This document shows positions 29,140 through 39,526 of a stretch of DNA of 64,000 nucleotides, piece by piece. Position 1 is the stretch's first letter, and the number at the start of each line of letters is the position of its first letter. The stretch comes from an uncultured Candidatus Saccharibacteria bacterium (lineage in GTDB: Bacteria > Patescibacteriota > Doudnabacteria > UBA920). A program made the translations under genes and the position numbers. Location of the stretch: contig CAYTCJ010000006.1 of NCBI GenBank assembly GCA_964436545.1, positions 4,729 through 68,728 of the forward strand, read 5' to 3'. A model generated the notes under the pieces. It searched no databases and had not been told where the DNA came from. It saw nothing but the letters and a program-made list of their open reading frames with translations.

Positions 29140-29420
29140 TTTTCCCAAGGTGTGGATAACTATGAATTTTTAAGGTGCTTACTTCTTTAACTTGTATATT
29201 TATTATATTAGGTATTTTTATTCTTGTCAACTCTATTCCATAATTTAGGCTAAATATGCTTTATTTATGCGGTTTACCTCTGCTTGAATCTACAAAAACC
29301 TGTTTTTAAGTAATAATAATAAACTGTGGATAAGTCAACTATATTTTATTTAAACCCCTTATACTGCTTGCCCCGTAGCCTGCCAATTTATTGGCTGTGC
29401 TACTGGGGTGGATAAGTCAG
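29140..29420. promoter_or_regulatory. cluster of DnaA-box-like 9-mers (TGTGGATAA x2 perfect, GTGGATAAG x1) in AT-rich non-coding DNA
   Basis: Perfect matches to the TTATCCACA consensus (rc) at 29148-29156 and 29326-29334; near match at 29409-29417. Confidence 0.35.
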
Positions 29421-31783
29421 GGATTTTGAACTATTTTCTCCAAATACCTAAGAAAAGGTTGCGCATAAGCTTTATTGAGCTTTTCTTCAAATACAATGAT
29501 GTGTTTTAGATTATCTGTCATAAACAGGCTTAAAATCTTATGTAAATTAAATAAAGCCTTCGGTACACTATATTGCTCAAAGGAATTACTAAAGCTTTTT
29601 GATACTGCCTCTAAATAGGGGTGAGTAAACTGCTCAAAGGGCAAATGGCCAATTATTAAAGTTTTAACCGCCAGTTTACCAATCACGCTGGGCGCATTGG
29701 GCATTGCGGTAGCCTTTAACACAAATTTATCTGATGCTAACAATAAACTATGCTGATGAATGGAAAAATTTCTTAAAATCTTATTACCGGAACTGCCTAA
29801 TTGCGGATGCAAAAAAGCAAAAGTTTGGAGATTGGAAAAATTATTGAAATAAAAATTTTTCACTTCCAAAGCATTCCCAAACAACACCGCTCCCGGCAAG
29901 GCTTTGGCGGAAATTAATGTCAAAATTTTACTTTCAGTTAGCGCTTGCGGATTGATTTCAACCTTAAACTTGGCTTTAGGTTTAAGAAAACTAAATAAGT
30001 CCTTCTGATTGGGAGTAAAGTTTTCTTGGTAACCATAGCCGGCCAAGCCTAACCGAGTTTGGTATAAATCCCAAACTGATTTGGCCGGTATGCTATCTAC
30101 CAAACTAACCGATTTAAAAACGTTAAAAATTTCCGCGGTCAATTGACTAATTTCAATTGGGCTTTTAATAAACACGCAAGCGGTGGCGGACATTTCCAAC
30201 CACTTGACCATATTCTCTTCGGGCAAAAAATAAGTGAGTAATTCCTCGGCTAAAGTGGCTAACTCCGAATGCTTAACTACTTCAGCTAAGTGTTTTAGTT
30301 TTTCGCTATAATTTTTGGCAGCCAAATGTATCTTGTCCCATTTCTCGGTTTCAATGTCGGAAATTTTTAAAGACAAAAAACCCGGCGGATTACTTTGCAA
30401 TAGCGCGTTAGTTAAACCAAAAAACAAATCGGCATCCGACAAACCGGCAATTACGACTTCCTTAAACTGAGCTTCTCCCACTGCGGTCTCGGGATTATAT
30501 ATATTTTTTAACAAGTAATTAATTTTACCCCAACTGATCTTCCGCCCAATACGAGCGGAAATGGCTTGCTCTAACTCATTTAAACCGCAAAAAATCACAT
30601 GAAATTTATGTTTCTCCGGATCTTTACTTAAGCTGGTAAAAGTCTCGTAGTCGCAAACATATTTGTGGTTGGCTGTTAAGCCGGTTAATTTTGCCCCGTT
30701 AATCAGATGTTTGTATTGCCCGCCAAAAAAAGACAAATTTAAATCTGCCAAAGTCGCAGTTTGCCAATTCGTTGCTTGCCAAACTAAAATTTTTAATATA
30801 AATTTTACTTCTTCTTTGCTTAATTCGGACTTCTGTTTTAAAGCTGTAAAGTTTTCTTGATTAAAACTATTTTCCTCCAAATAGCGTAAAGACAAGTTAG
30901 TGGTTTGGCTAATTTCCAAAGCGTGTAAATTGCCCGGCACCACTAAAATATAAGGCGGGTTTTGTTTGGACACGCTTTGGGCAACCCCCTGTATATACTG
31001 GGAAGATAACGGATAATTATTAAAAGTGTTGCGTTGGGGCAAATTTACTGTTCCAAAAGAAGTGGCTGGCTGTTTTTTGCTCTTAAGTTTACCTGCACCT
31101 CTCCCTGCAAAATTTTTTAAACTTTCTGTCCAAAAAAAATTTTGCTTTTCCGACCACTTAATAATTTCCTGCTTTAAACCTGCCGGAAAACTGGCAAACC
31201 TGTCCAGTAACCCCGCCAAAACTTTAACCGTGGCTTTGGCATCTGCCAAAGCTCGGTGAGCTTCGGTATGAGGCACACCAAAATAGTGCATTAAATTTTC
31301 CAAATTGTATGACTGGTGAGTGGGTAAAATAAATTGAGCTAAATCCAAAGTATCAATTTCGCCCGGCTCAAATTGCAGTCCTAAACTTTTTAAAAATCCT
31401 AAATCAAAATTAATGTTATGCCCAACGATTATGGCATTTTTAAGTAAGGCCTGAATTTCGGGTAAACACTCTTGGAGGTTGGCTCCGGTATCCAATTCGG
31501 TTTGCGTAATGCCTGTTAATCCTAAAATAATTTGTGTAACCGCTTGTTGGGGTTTAAACAACCAAGTGTATTCTTTGCCTAACTTAATTTTATTTTTTTC
31601 CAAAGTAAAAAACACAAAACCGATTTCTAAAATTTCGTCTTTTTGCGGATCAAACCCCGTCGTCTCAATATCTAAACTGCAATAAACCCGCCCAGCCTTA
31701 CCCAATGACAATTTGGGGTCTTTTAAAACCGATTGTGGGTTAGATGGCAACGCGGAAGCGGAAATTTTTTCTTTTTTAGGCAT
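29417..31783 (-). CDS. DnaQ-like DEDDh 3'-5' exonuclease domain fused to a ~580-aa uncharacterized C-terminal region
   Basis: Exo I DIETTG, Exo II HNINFDLGFL, Exo III HRALADA; C-terminal region without recognisable helicase Walker motifs. Confidence 0.7.
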   Translation of the reverse strand: MPKKEKISASALPSNPQSVLKDPKLSLGKAGRVYCSLDIETTGFDPQKDEILEIGFVFFTLEKNKIKLGKEYTWLFKPQQAVTQIILGLTGITQTELDTGANLQECLPEIQALLKNAIIVGHNINFDLGFLKSLGLQFEPGEIDTLDLAQFILPTHQSYNLENLMHYFGVPHTEAHRALADAKATVKVLAGLLDRFASFPAGLKQEIIKWSEKQNFFWTESLKNFAGRGAGKLKSKKQPATSFGTVNLPQRNTFNNYPLSSQYIQGVAQSVSKQNPPYILVVPGNLHALEISQTTNLSLRYLEENSFNQENFTALKQKSELSKEEVKFILKILVWQATNWQTATLADLNLSFFGGQYKHLINGAKLTGLTANHKYVCDYETFTSLSKDPEKHKFHVIFCGLNELEQAISARIGRKISWGKINYLLKNIYNPETAVGEAQFKEVVIAGLSDADLFFGLTNALLQSNPPGFLSLKISDIETEKWDKIHLAAKNYSEKLKHLAEVVKHSELATLAEELLTYFLPEENMVKWLEMSATACVFIKSPIEISQLTAEIFNVFKSVSLVDSIPAKSVWDLYQTRLGLAGYGYQENFTPNQKDLFSFLKPKAKFKVEINPQALTESKILTLISAKALPGAVLFGNALEVKNFYFNNFSNLQTFAFLHPQLGSSGNKILRNFSIHQHSLLLASDKFVLKATAMPNAPSVIGKLAVKTLIIGHLPFEQFTHPYLEAVSKSFSNSFEQYSVPKALFNLHKILSLFMTDNLKHIIVFEEKLNKAYAQPFLRYLEKIVQNP

Positions 31784-31855
31784 ACACCCATATTACACTA
31801 AAATTTACAAAATAAAAACGCCCTCATAATGAGGACGTTTTTATTTTGTAAAAAA

Positions 31856-32929
31856 CTATTCAGTTTTCTCTTCGCTTTCCGTAATACTTACCGGCACTGT
31901 ATCGCCGGCTTTGACTTTGGCCCTTACTGCTACATCTATCTCCTTAAATACCTCTCCGTTATCTTTTAAAAAGGCCTTGGCATTTTCTCTACCCACCCCC
32001 AATTTTACTTGTCCAAACATATGCGTATTACCCGATTTTTCTATAACTCCGAGCAGTAAACCCGTATCTAACAAATCCCCCACCGCCGAAATACCTTCGT
32101 TATACATAATATCAAACTCTGTGGTTCGAAACGGAGGCGCGACTTTATTTTTAACCACTTTAATTTTTACCCGATTGCCAACAATTTTTTCTCCATTTTT
32201 GATTTGAGCCGTTCGCCTCACTTCAATTCTTACGCTGGCATAAAACTTTAAAGCATTACCTCCGGTAGTCGTTTCGGGGTTGCCAAACATTACCCCAATC
32301 TTCATTCTAATCTGGTTAATAAAGATTACTGTGGTTTGGCTCTTGGAAATAATCCCGGTGAGTTTTCTTAAAGCCTGAGACATTAACCGAGCCTGCAGTC
32401 CCATATGACTATCACCCATTTCCCCTTCAATTTCATTTCTCGGAGTCAAGGCTGCCACAGAATCAATCACAATTAAATCTAACGCATTACTTCTTACCAA
32501 AGTCTCACAAATATCTAACGCCTGTTCTCCGTTATCGGGTTGAGAAATTAATAAATCTTCCAACTTAACCCCGATTTTTTTTGCATACTCAGGGTCCAAA
32601 GCGTGCTCGGCATCTATAAAGGCCGCAAGTCCGCCCTTTTTCTGAGCTTCCGCAATCATATGCAAAGTTAAAGTGGTTTTACCCGAACTTTCCGGACCAT
32701 AAATTTCAATAATTCTACCTTTAGGAATCCCTCCCACACCTAAAGCCAAATCTAAACTAATGCTCCCCGTGGGAATCGCCTCAATATTTAAAGCTTTGGA
32801 ATCAGACAACTTCATAATACTGCCATCACCAAACTTGTCTTTAATTTGGTCCAAAGCCGACTCCACAGCTTTCCACCTGCCCGGATTAACCTTGTCAGTG
32901 CCGGTAATTTTTAAATTGGTTTTTGCCAT
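31856..32929 (-). CDS. recA: recombinase RecA (start at MAKTNLKI; C-terminal extension)
   Basis: Walker [10 protein letters not shown], full-length RecA similarity. Confidence 0.95.
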   Translation of the reverse strand: MAKTNLKITGTDKVNPGRWKAVESALDQIKDKFGDGSIMKLSDSKALNIEAIPTGSISLDLALGVGGIPKGRIIEIYGPESSGKTTLTLHMIAEAQKKGGLAAFIDAEHALDPEYAKKIGVKLEDLLISQPDNGEQALDICETLVRSNALDLIVIDSVAALTPRNEIEGEMGDSHMGLQARLMSQALRKLTGIISKSQTTVIFINQIRMKIGVMFGNPETTTGGNALKFYASVRIEVRRTAQIKNGEKIVGNRVKIKVVKNKVAPPFRTTEFDIMYNEGISAVGDLLDTGLLLGVIEKSGNTHMFGQVKLGVGRENAKAFLKDNGEVFKEIDVAVRAKVKAGDTVPVSITESEEKTE

Positions 32930-33057
32930 ATTTTTATAGTTACAGAACTTACACACTGAGCCGATATATAGGTTGGGCTGGGCTCAACCTAACAGGGACG
33001 GTATGAAAATTCCGATTTAATATTCAACCCAAATTCTAAAGTCATCATAACACATTT

Positions 33058-33996
33058 TCACTGTTTGCTAAAAATTAAATTTTCAATTTTTTCGCCTTCT
33101 CTACCTAAAATCCCCAAATTTTTGCCATTAAAACTAGCCTTCACCATTCCGGCGTTACTCACCGACAAGGTCAGCTGATTAAACTGTTCAAACATAGCCG
33201 TTTGTCCCGCTGAGTAAACTTTCTTTACTTGAGCTTGACCCTCTAAGCTATAACCCAACTCCACATTGCCTAAAAATTCCAAATCCAATACGGTGCGATT
33301 AGTCTCCGCTCCCGATTCGCTATGCTTGCCTTGACCAATTACTGTAAGCTGTTTGGTCAAACTTCGCCTAAACCGATTGGTGGCCACAATCACCAATTCT
33401 TTGGGCCCGGCCGATAACCCCACATTGGTAAAAAATTTACCTTCGCTGTTTACAAACACCGGTTCATTATTTACCGTGACAGTCGCGCTCGGATCGGTTC
33501 GGCCTTCCACGGCAATAAAAGTTTTATCGGTGGCGGTAAGATTTTGTGGAGAGATAATTTCCAATAAAGGGGTTTGGGCGATCGCAAAAACTTGCCAAAT
33601 AATATAGATTAAAGTAAACGCAATAAACAACACGCTTACCCCAAGGGTAATAACTTTCGGCGTTAAAGTGAAATTTTCCCAAAATAAAAAACGTTTTTGA
33701 GCATGTTTATTTTTTGCTTGAATTATTTGCTGGCTAACGGTTTGTTCCAATTCATACTGATCAATTAACACTTGACTGTCTAACCCATAGACTTTGGCTA
33801 ATTTTTGCAAAAATCCTTTTACATAAACTTTGGCCGGCAAATGACCGTAATCGCCCTTTTCCAATAACATCAATGCCTTGGCCGGAATTCCGGTTTGTTT
33901 TACCAAATCCGAAATAGACAATTTAAAACTTTGCCGAACATTACATAAATATTCAGATAAAGTTTCTACTTTAATTTTTTGTTGTAGAAAAGCCAC
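33058..33996 (-). CDS. RodZ-like cytoskeleton protein (N-terminal HTH, single TM, C-terminal domain)
   Basis: HTH near the N-terminus, TM helix ~110-135. Confidence 0.6.
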   Translation of the reverse strand: MAFLQQKIKVETLSEYLCNVRQSFKLSISDLVKQTGIPAKALMLLEKGDYGHLPAKVYVKGFLQKLAKVYGLDSQVLIDQYELEQTVSQQIIQAKNKHAQKRFLFWENFTLTPKVITLGVSVLFIAFTLIYIIWQVFAIAQTPLLEIISPQNLTATDKTFIAVEGRTDPSATVTVNNEPVFVNSEGKFFTNVGLSAGPKELVIVATNRFRRSLTKQLTVIGQGKHSESGAETNRTVLDLEFLGNVELGYSLEGQAQVKKVYSAGQTAMFEQFNQLTLSVSNAGMVKASFNGKNLGILGREGEKIENLIFSKQ

Positions 33997-34060
33997 GTTA
34001 CAAATTCCTCATAGCTCGTAAACTCTAAAAAAAACCCTTGCCTAAAAATTGTTAAAATTA

Positions 34061-36298
34061 TTAAACCGTTTCCTGAGAATTTTCTGCAGTGTCGTCTGTA
34101 CTTTCGGCGCCATACTCCTCTCTCTCTTCATTCGATACCCCAAAAACTTCTCTGGGTTTGGCACCTTCTCCCGGACCAATAATCCCTTTGGCTTCCAAAA
34201 TGTCCAACAGCCTTGCAGCCCGAGCATAACCGACTCTTAAACGTCTTTGTAATAAACTGGCGGAAGCCTTGCCCGCCCGCCTCACTTCTTCTGTAGCTTC
34301 TAATAACAAAGGGTCATCCTCGCCTTCATCTTCAAAACCCGGCACTCCTAGAGCCCTTTTTGGTTTTTCGATAATAGTGTCATCGTAAATTGGCGAACCG
34401 GCTTGTTGCTTAAAGAAGTCCACAACTTTTTTAACTTCTTTTTCATTTATATAGGCGCCTTGAACGCGTTTGGGTTTATTAAATTCCGCGGAAGTATATA
34501 GCATATCGCCATTACCTAAAAGCTTTTCCGCTCCCGAGGAATCTAAAATGGTTCGGCTATCTACCTGACTGGCAACCGCAAAAGCAATGCGGGAAGTAAT
34601 ATTCGCTTTAATTAAACCGGTAATAATATCCACGCTCGGTCTTTGCGTCGCGACTACCAAGTGAATCCCTACGGCCCTAGCCATTTGCGCTAACCTGACA
34701 ATAGCGGCTTCTACATCGGCCTGAGCCACTGCCATTAAATCCGCAAGCTCATCAACCAAAATGACAATGTAAGGCATTGAGAGTTCTGTGGACTCGTTAT
34801 ATTCCAAAAGATTTCTCTTCCCCACTTCAGCCAATAACTTATATCGTCTATCCATTTCCGCCACCGCCCACTTTAAAGAATTCACAGCCTTTTCGTGGTC
34901 AGTAATGACCGGCGTCAATAAATGCGGAATACCATTATATAAATTTAGCTCCACTCTTTTCGGATCAATCACAATAAATTTTACATCTTGAGGCGTATTT
35001 CTATATAACAAAGAAATAAACAAACTATTAATTGCCACGCTTTTTCCGGTTCCGGTGGCTCCGGCAATTAATAAGTGGGGCATTTTTGCCAAATCCGCCA
35101 CCATGGGCAGACCAGCCACATCTCGGCCAATCGATAAAGCCAACTTAGATTTATGATCCACAAACTGAGTGGTCTGCATAACATCTCTAATTCGCACAAT
35201 GGCCGTAGATTTATTCGGCACCTCAATACCAACCAAAGCTTTCCCCGGAATCGGCAATTCCATACGTAACGAATGCGCCGATAACGCTAAAGCCAAGTTG
35301 TCTTGTAAAGCGGCAATCTGCGAAAGTCGTATGCCGGCAGCGGGCCTTAAAGTATATTGGGTAACCGTCGGGCCCACGTTCACTTCTCCCATATCCACTT
35401 CTAAACCAAAATCAGCCAAAGTTTTTTTAATAATCGCCACATTGGCTTCTATATTGCCACTATCCACGCTAGCCTCAGCACTGTCTAATAAATCAAAGGG
35501 AGGCAATTTCCAATCTTTTCTATCTTTAATGGTAATGGCTTCCAATTGAATTTGAGCGGTTTTACCCAAACTGTTAACCGCGATAGTGGTTTTGGTGTTT
35601 GGGGTATTTGGGGTATCGGTTTCATCATCTTCGTCCGAAGTTTTCAGTTTAACATTACTACTCGGCACCTTATCTTTACTAAACCCCAAACTTCCCAAAC
35701 TGTTAATTTTTAATTTCTCCTTATCGGCTTTGGGGGTTTCCACTTCTTTGGCAGTACTCGGCCACAATAAATGTAGCGCAATATCAAAAGCCACTAAAAT
35801 GCCAATTACACATAAAGCCACGAGCACAATCTCACTCGCAATAAAACCCAAAAACCGAAAAGCCAAACCGCCAAAAATTGCCCCCAAAAAACCGCCGGCT
35901 TGGCCGGCTTTGGCTAAAGCAAAAGCATTATAACCATTATTCAAATAAAACGCGTGAATAATTCCGGCCAAAGCTCCGACAAACAATAAAGCGCCAAAAT
36001 AAATTCTAAAATAAAAAGTGGTTTCTTTATTTTCCGGCATTTGTTGCTTATTCAGCAAGACTGCCACCACTAAAAAAAATAGAGGTACGGCATAAGCCAA
36101 CACGCCACTAATCCAAGACAGCCCTTGCATAAAACCCCGGCCAAAACTTCCGGCCAAGTTAAATACCGCCAAACAGGCAATTAATGCCATCACACCAAAA
36201 ATTACTACGGCGACTCCTCGTTTGGTATCGGCTGACAAGTTTAATTTAGGAGTTTCAAATTTTATTTCTTCTTTATCGATTTTTTTTCTTCTCCCCAT
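34061..36298 (-). CDS. ftsK: DNA translocase FtsK/SpoIIIE
   Basis: 4-5 N-terminal TM helices, linker, motor domain Walker A GATGTGKS, C-terminal winged-helix gamma domain. Confidence 0.9.
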   Translation of the reverse strand: MGRRKKIDKEEIKFETPKLNLSADTKRGVAVVIFGVMALIACLAVFNLAGSFGRGFMQGLSWISGVLAYAVPLFFLVVAVLLNKQQMPENKETTFYFRIYFGALLFVGALAGIIHAFYLNNGYNAFALAKAGQAGGFLGAIFGGLAFRFLGFIASEIVLVALCVIGILVAFDIALHLLWPSTAKEVETPKADKEKLKINSLGSLGFSKDKVPSSNVKLKTSDEDDETDTPNTPNTKTTIAVNSLGKTAQIQLEAITIKDRKDWKLPPFDLLDSAEASVDSGNIEANVAIIKKTLADFGLEVDMGEVNVGPTVTQYTLRPAAGIRLSQIAALQDNLALALSAHSLRMELPIPGKALVGIEVPNKSTAIVRIRDVMQTTQFVDHKSKLALSIGRDVAGLPMVADLAKMPHLLIAGATGTGKSVAINSLFISLLYRNTPQDVKFIVIDPKRVELNLYNGIPHLLTPVITDHEKAVNSLKWAVAEMDRRYKLLAEVGKRNLLEYNESTELSMPYIVILVDELADLMAVAQADVEAAIVRLAQMARAVGIHLVVATQRPSVDIITGLIKANITSRIAFAVASQVDSRTILDSSGAEKLLGNGDMLYTSAEFNKPKRVQGAYINEKEVKKVVDFFKQQAGSPIYDDTIIEKPKRALGVPGFEDEGEDDPLLLEATEEVRRAGKASASLLQRRLRVGYARAARLLDILEAKGIIGPGEGAKPREVFGVSNEEREEYGAESTDDTAENSQETV

Positions 36299-36456
36299 AC
36301 AATTTTATATTGCTTTCGCTATTTACTACTTACTCAACGCTACTTACTAATATTATTCTACCATTTTTCAACCAAATTTAAAACCCCTCCAATCACGATT
36401 GGAGGGGTTTTGGATCAGCGTTATATCAGCGTATCCATCAGCGACGATCGGCTTTG

Positions 36457-37032
36457 CTACAAACCTTTAACCTTAACTTTTTTGGTTTTGGCTTTGGCCG
36501 CCTTGGGAATAATTACGGTTAAAATTCCATCTTTCAAATCCGCTTCAATTTCTTCGCTATCAATATCCACGGGAATTATGACACTTCTGGAAAAGTTTCC
36601 CCAATAACATTCCTGATAAAAATAATCGTCCTGGCTTATATTATCTTCTTTCTTTCTGGCTCCTTTAATAGTCAGCATGTCATTAGCCACCGTAATATCT
36701 ATATCTTCCGGTCTTACTCCCGCAATGGTGGATTTAATAATTACATTATCCTTAGTCTGAAACATGTCTATGTTTAACTGACCTTCGTAATCATTGAGCC
36801 AATCCTCGCCTTCTTTGGCTTTAGTAGGAGTTGCTACTTTGGCACTGGCCACAGCCACTTCTACCTCCGGTTCTTCCCCCCCCTCTTCGGTTTCTTCCAC
36901 TTCTTCCACAATTAACTCCTCAACTTCTTCCATATCTTCTACGGGTTGCTGTGAAACTGCCACCGGACTGGCGGATTCTTCGGTTACATTACCTCCCATG
37001 ATTTTTCCAAAAAATGAACTTTTTTTTGCCAT
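36457..37032 (-). CDS. Hsp20/alpha-crystallin family small heat-shock protein with acidic Glu/Val-rich N-terminal segment
   Basis: ACD motifs (IDMFQTKD, GILTVIIPKA). Confidence 0.8.
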   Translation of the reverse strand: MAKKSSFFGKIMGGNVTEESASPVAVSQQPVEDMEEVEELIVEEVEETEEGGEEPEVEVAVASAKVATPTKAKEGEDWLNDYEGQLNIDMFQTKDNVIIKSTIAGVRPEDIDITVANDMLTIKGARKKEDNISQDDYFYQECYWGNFSRSVIIPVDIDSEEIEADLKDGILTVIIPKAAKAKTKKVKVKGL

Positions 37033-37128
37033 ATATGTTATATCTTTTCACCCTCTAAATAATTGTCTAAAATCATCATAAACCATAAACTTAGACTCGT
37101 CAATTCCGTGAAGCACTTAAGTTGGCAG

Positions 37129-37833
37129 TCAAATTTTACCCGCTAAAAGCATTTTAAAATAACTCACTACATACTTATAGACAGTCTGAAACATGCCATA
37201 CTGCTGATATCGTCTCCCGCTGGTATAAACCCAAAGTTTGGGTGAAACAATTATTTTACCCCAAGCATACAATTTTTTTACCACACTGATTTCATCGCCA
37301 TAAAATTGTGTCTCGTTTCCAAAACCCCCAATGCGATTTAAAGCCGAATGTTTTATCGCCATCATCCCTCCCACCATATGAGAAGTTTTTTTAAAAACTT
37401 TATCCGCAAAAAATATCCACGGATAAATACAGAAATAAGTCCCAAAAGTCTGAATAACTTTAACGAGAAAACTCATTTCGTAATATTTGTAATGAGTGGA
37501 TACTGCCACCACTTGATGTGGCTGAATTATGCCTAATAGATTTTTCAGCCAAAACCGATGCGGTAAACGCACGTCAGCATCTAAAAAAATCAATAGCTCA
37601 CCTTGGGCATTTTTAAACCCGGCTTGTCTGGCACTTACCACCCCGGGCTCGGTTTCCACAATAATTTTGGCTTGGGGACACTGTGCTTTTGCCTTTAGCA
37701 CGGTTTTGTCTGTAGACTGATTATCTACCACTAAAATTTCTATAGGCTCTTCGGTTACCTGTGAAGCCACGGAAGCCAAACACTCCGCAATATACTCCGC
37801 TTCATTTTTGGCTGAAATAATAAAAGATATCAT
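37129..37833 (-). CDS. family-2 glycosyltransferase
   Basis: ISFIISAKNEAEYI...VVDNQSTD...DAD motifs. Confidence 0.75.
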   Translation of the reverse strand: MISFIISAKNEAEYIAECLASVASQVTEEPIEILVVDNQSTDKTVLKAKAQCPQAKIIVETEPGVVSARQAGFKNAQGELLIFLDADVRLPHRFWLKNLLGIIQPHQVVAVSTHYKYYEMSFLVKVIQTFGTYFCIYPWIFFADKVFKKTSHMVGGMMAIKHSALNRIGGFGNETQFYGDEISVVKKLYAWGKIIVSPKLWVYTSGRRYQQYGMFQTVYKYVVSYFKMLLAGKI

Positions 37834-38447
37834 AAAATTTTAGCCACCACTCGGCACAGACCGGCCTCTGCTTCCAGCTTAGCGGGTAAGGCAACAATTT
37901 CCCAATTTGGATAGGCGAATAGTGTTTCTAAATTGGTTAAATTTTCAATAATTAAAATATCTTGTTTCAATAAAATTTTATGCACGCCATAAGGTGCTTT
38001 GTCCGGACTGGGAGTATCCATACCCACCATAGCAACACCCAATTCCACTAACTTTTTGGCAAACCCTTCACTGATTACCGGATAATTTAAATAATACTCA
38101 TCGTTATGAAATACCTCAGACCAGCCAAAACAAATTAGCACAACATCTCCCGACTTAATATCCATACCGGATAATAATTCTGCCCCCACCGATGTTTTGC
38201 CCCGCGCGTCTATAACCACCCCTCGTCCAAAAAATTTTTCTACCGGATATTCGTTTAATAACTTGCCACCCATAAGCATATGACTGGGCGCGTCCATATG
38301 CGTGCCCACATGCAAACTGGTGTTTAAATGAAAATGACTAAAACCGTCTTTTTCTACAAAAGTCGTTTGTTTAAGCTCAGAGGCCGGATCCCCGGGGAAC
38401 ACCGGCATTTGTCCATTAAAAGTGTGAGTTAAATCTATATATCTCAT
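37830..38447 (-). CDS. cyclase-family protein (kynurenine formamidase-like)
   Basis: HVGTHMDAPSH metal-binding motif. Confidence 0.75.
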   Translation of the reverse strand: MRYIDLTHTFNGQMPVFPGDPASELKQTTFVEKDGFSHFHLNTSLHVGTHMDAPSHMLMGGKLLNEYPVEKFFGRGVVIDARGKTSVGAELLSGMDIKSGDVVLICFGWSEVFHNDEYYLNYPVISEGFAKKLVELGVAMVGMDTPSPDKAPYGVHKILLKQDILIIENLTNLETLFAYPNWEIVALPAKLEAEAGLCRVVAKIL

Positions 38448-39526
38448 TTGATTGCGATCCCAACTGCTTCCTTAATATTTTTAAACCCATCACGCGCTAA
38501 AAGCTTTACCAAACCCTGATTAATTTTTTTTACCACAGAGGGTCCTTCGTAAACCAGCCCGGTATAAATTTGCACTAAACTGGCTCCGGCCTGAATTTTT
38601 TCATAAGCACTTTCCGCGCTATCTACTCCACCCAGTCCAATTAGGCAAGGTCGCTTGAGTAATTTATAGGCATGACTAATCAGATCATTTGATTGGCTAT
38701 AAATTGGCTTACCCGAGAGCCCCCCTTTGCCAATCCGGTCTAATTCCTCTTGAGGAGTTTTAAGTCCTGCTCGATGTTTAGAGGTATTGGTTAACACATA
38801 CCCATTAACTTTATGAGCTTCGCATACTTCTAAAATTTTTTCCAGTTCCGCGAAACTTACATCGGGTGAAATTTTTACCAAAATGGGTTTATGTTCATGA
38901 AACTGAGCTTGCACTTTATTTATTTCTCCCAATAGCGTATTTAAGGCTACCGGATCTTCAAAAGTTTTACCTTCTAGGGTATTGGGACAACTGACATTTA
39001 TGGTAATGTATTGTCCAAACGGATACATTTTTTTAAAAGTATATAAAAAATCAGCTACTGCCTTGTCGCCTAAAATCTGCGGATCGTGGGTTTTGGCAAT
39101 ATTTATACCAAACGGCAAAGACGAAATAAAGTTTTGGAGTTTTTTTTCCATTGCATCGGCGCCAATATTTGCTAACCCCACTCGATTGATTACAGCTCTG
39201 TCTTTAGGCAGTCTAAAAATTCTCGGCTTAGGGTTGCCTGTGCTAAATTTGGCGGTAATGTTTCCACATTCCATAAAGCCAAACCCTAAAGCCTGCCAAA
39301 AACTTAATGCCTGAGCGCTTTTATCAAACCCGGCAGCCAGACCAATGGGGTTTAATAAATCCATACCTAAAAAGTTGGTGCGCAGAGCCTGGTGTTCAAA
39401 ATGAAAAAAAGTTTTAACTAAAAAAGACAGCCGGGCTTGGCTTAACCCAGTGGCCAACTGGAGGGTGGTCTCATGAACTTTTTCCGAATCAAATTGAAAT
39501 AAAACTGGCCGAATTAATTTATACAT
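38444..39526 (-). CDS. pyrD: dihydroorotate dehydrogenase (class 2-like)
   Basis: GLAAGFDK, GF.EVGT-like and FMN-binding motifs. Confidence 0.85.
   Translation of the reverse strand: MYKLIRPVLFQFDSEKVHETTLQLATGLSQARLSFLVKTFFHFEHQALRTNFLGMDLLNPIGLAAGFDKSAQALSFWQALGFGFMECGNITAKFSTGNPKPRIFRLPKDRAVINRVGLANIGADAMEKKLQNFISSLPFGINIAKTHDPQILGDKAVADFLYTFKKMYPFGQYITINVSCPNTLEGKTFEDPVALNTLLGEINKVQAQFHEHKPILVKISPDVSFAELEKILEVCEAHKVNGYVLTNTSKHRAGLKTPQEELDRIGKGGLSGKPIYSQSNDLISHAYKLLKRPCLIGLGGVDSAESAYEKIQAGASLVQIYTGLVYEGPSVVKKINQGLVKLLARDGFKNIKEAVGIAIK

Noticed and set aside
29140-29420. Calling the DnaA-box cluster oriC
   Set aside because: No dnaA/dnaN nearby, no strand-bias switch at this position, and only two perfect boxes. 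Reported as a possible regulatory site instead.
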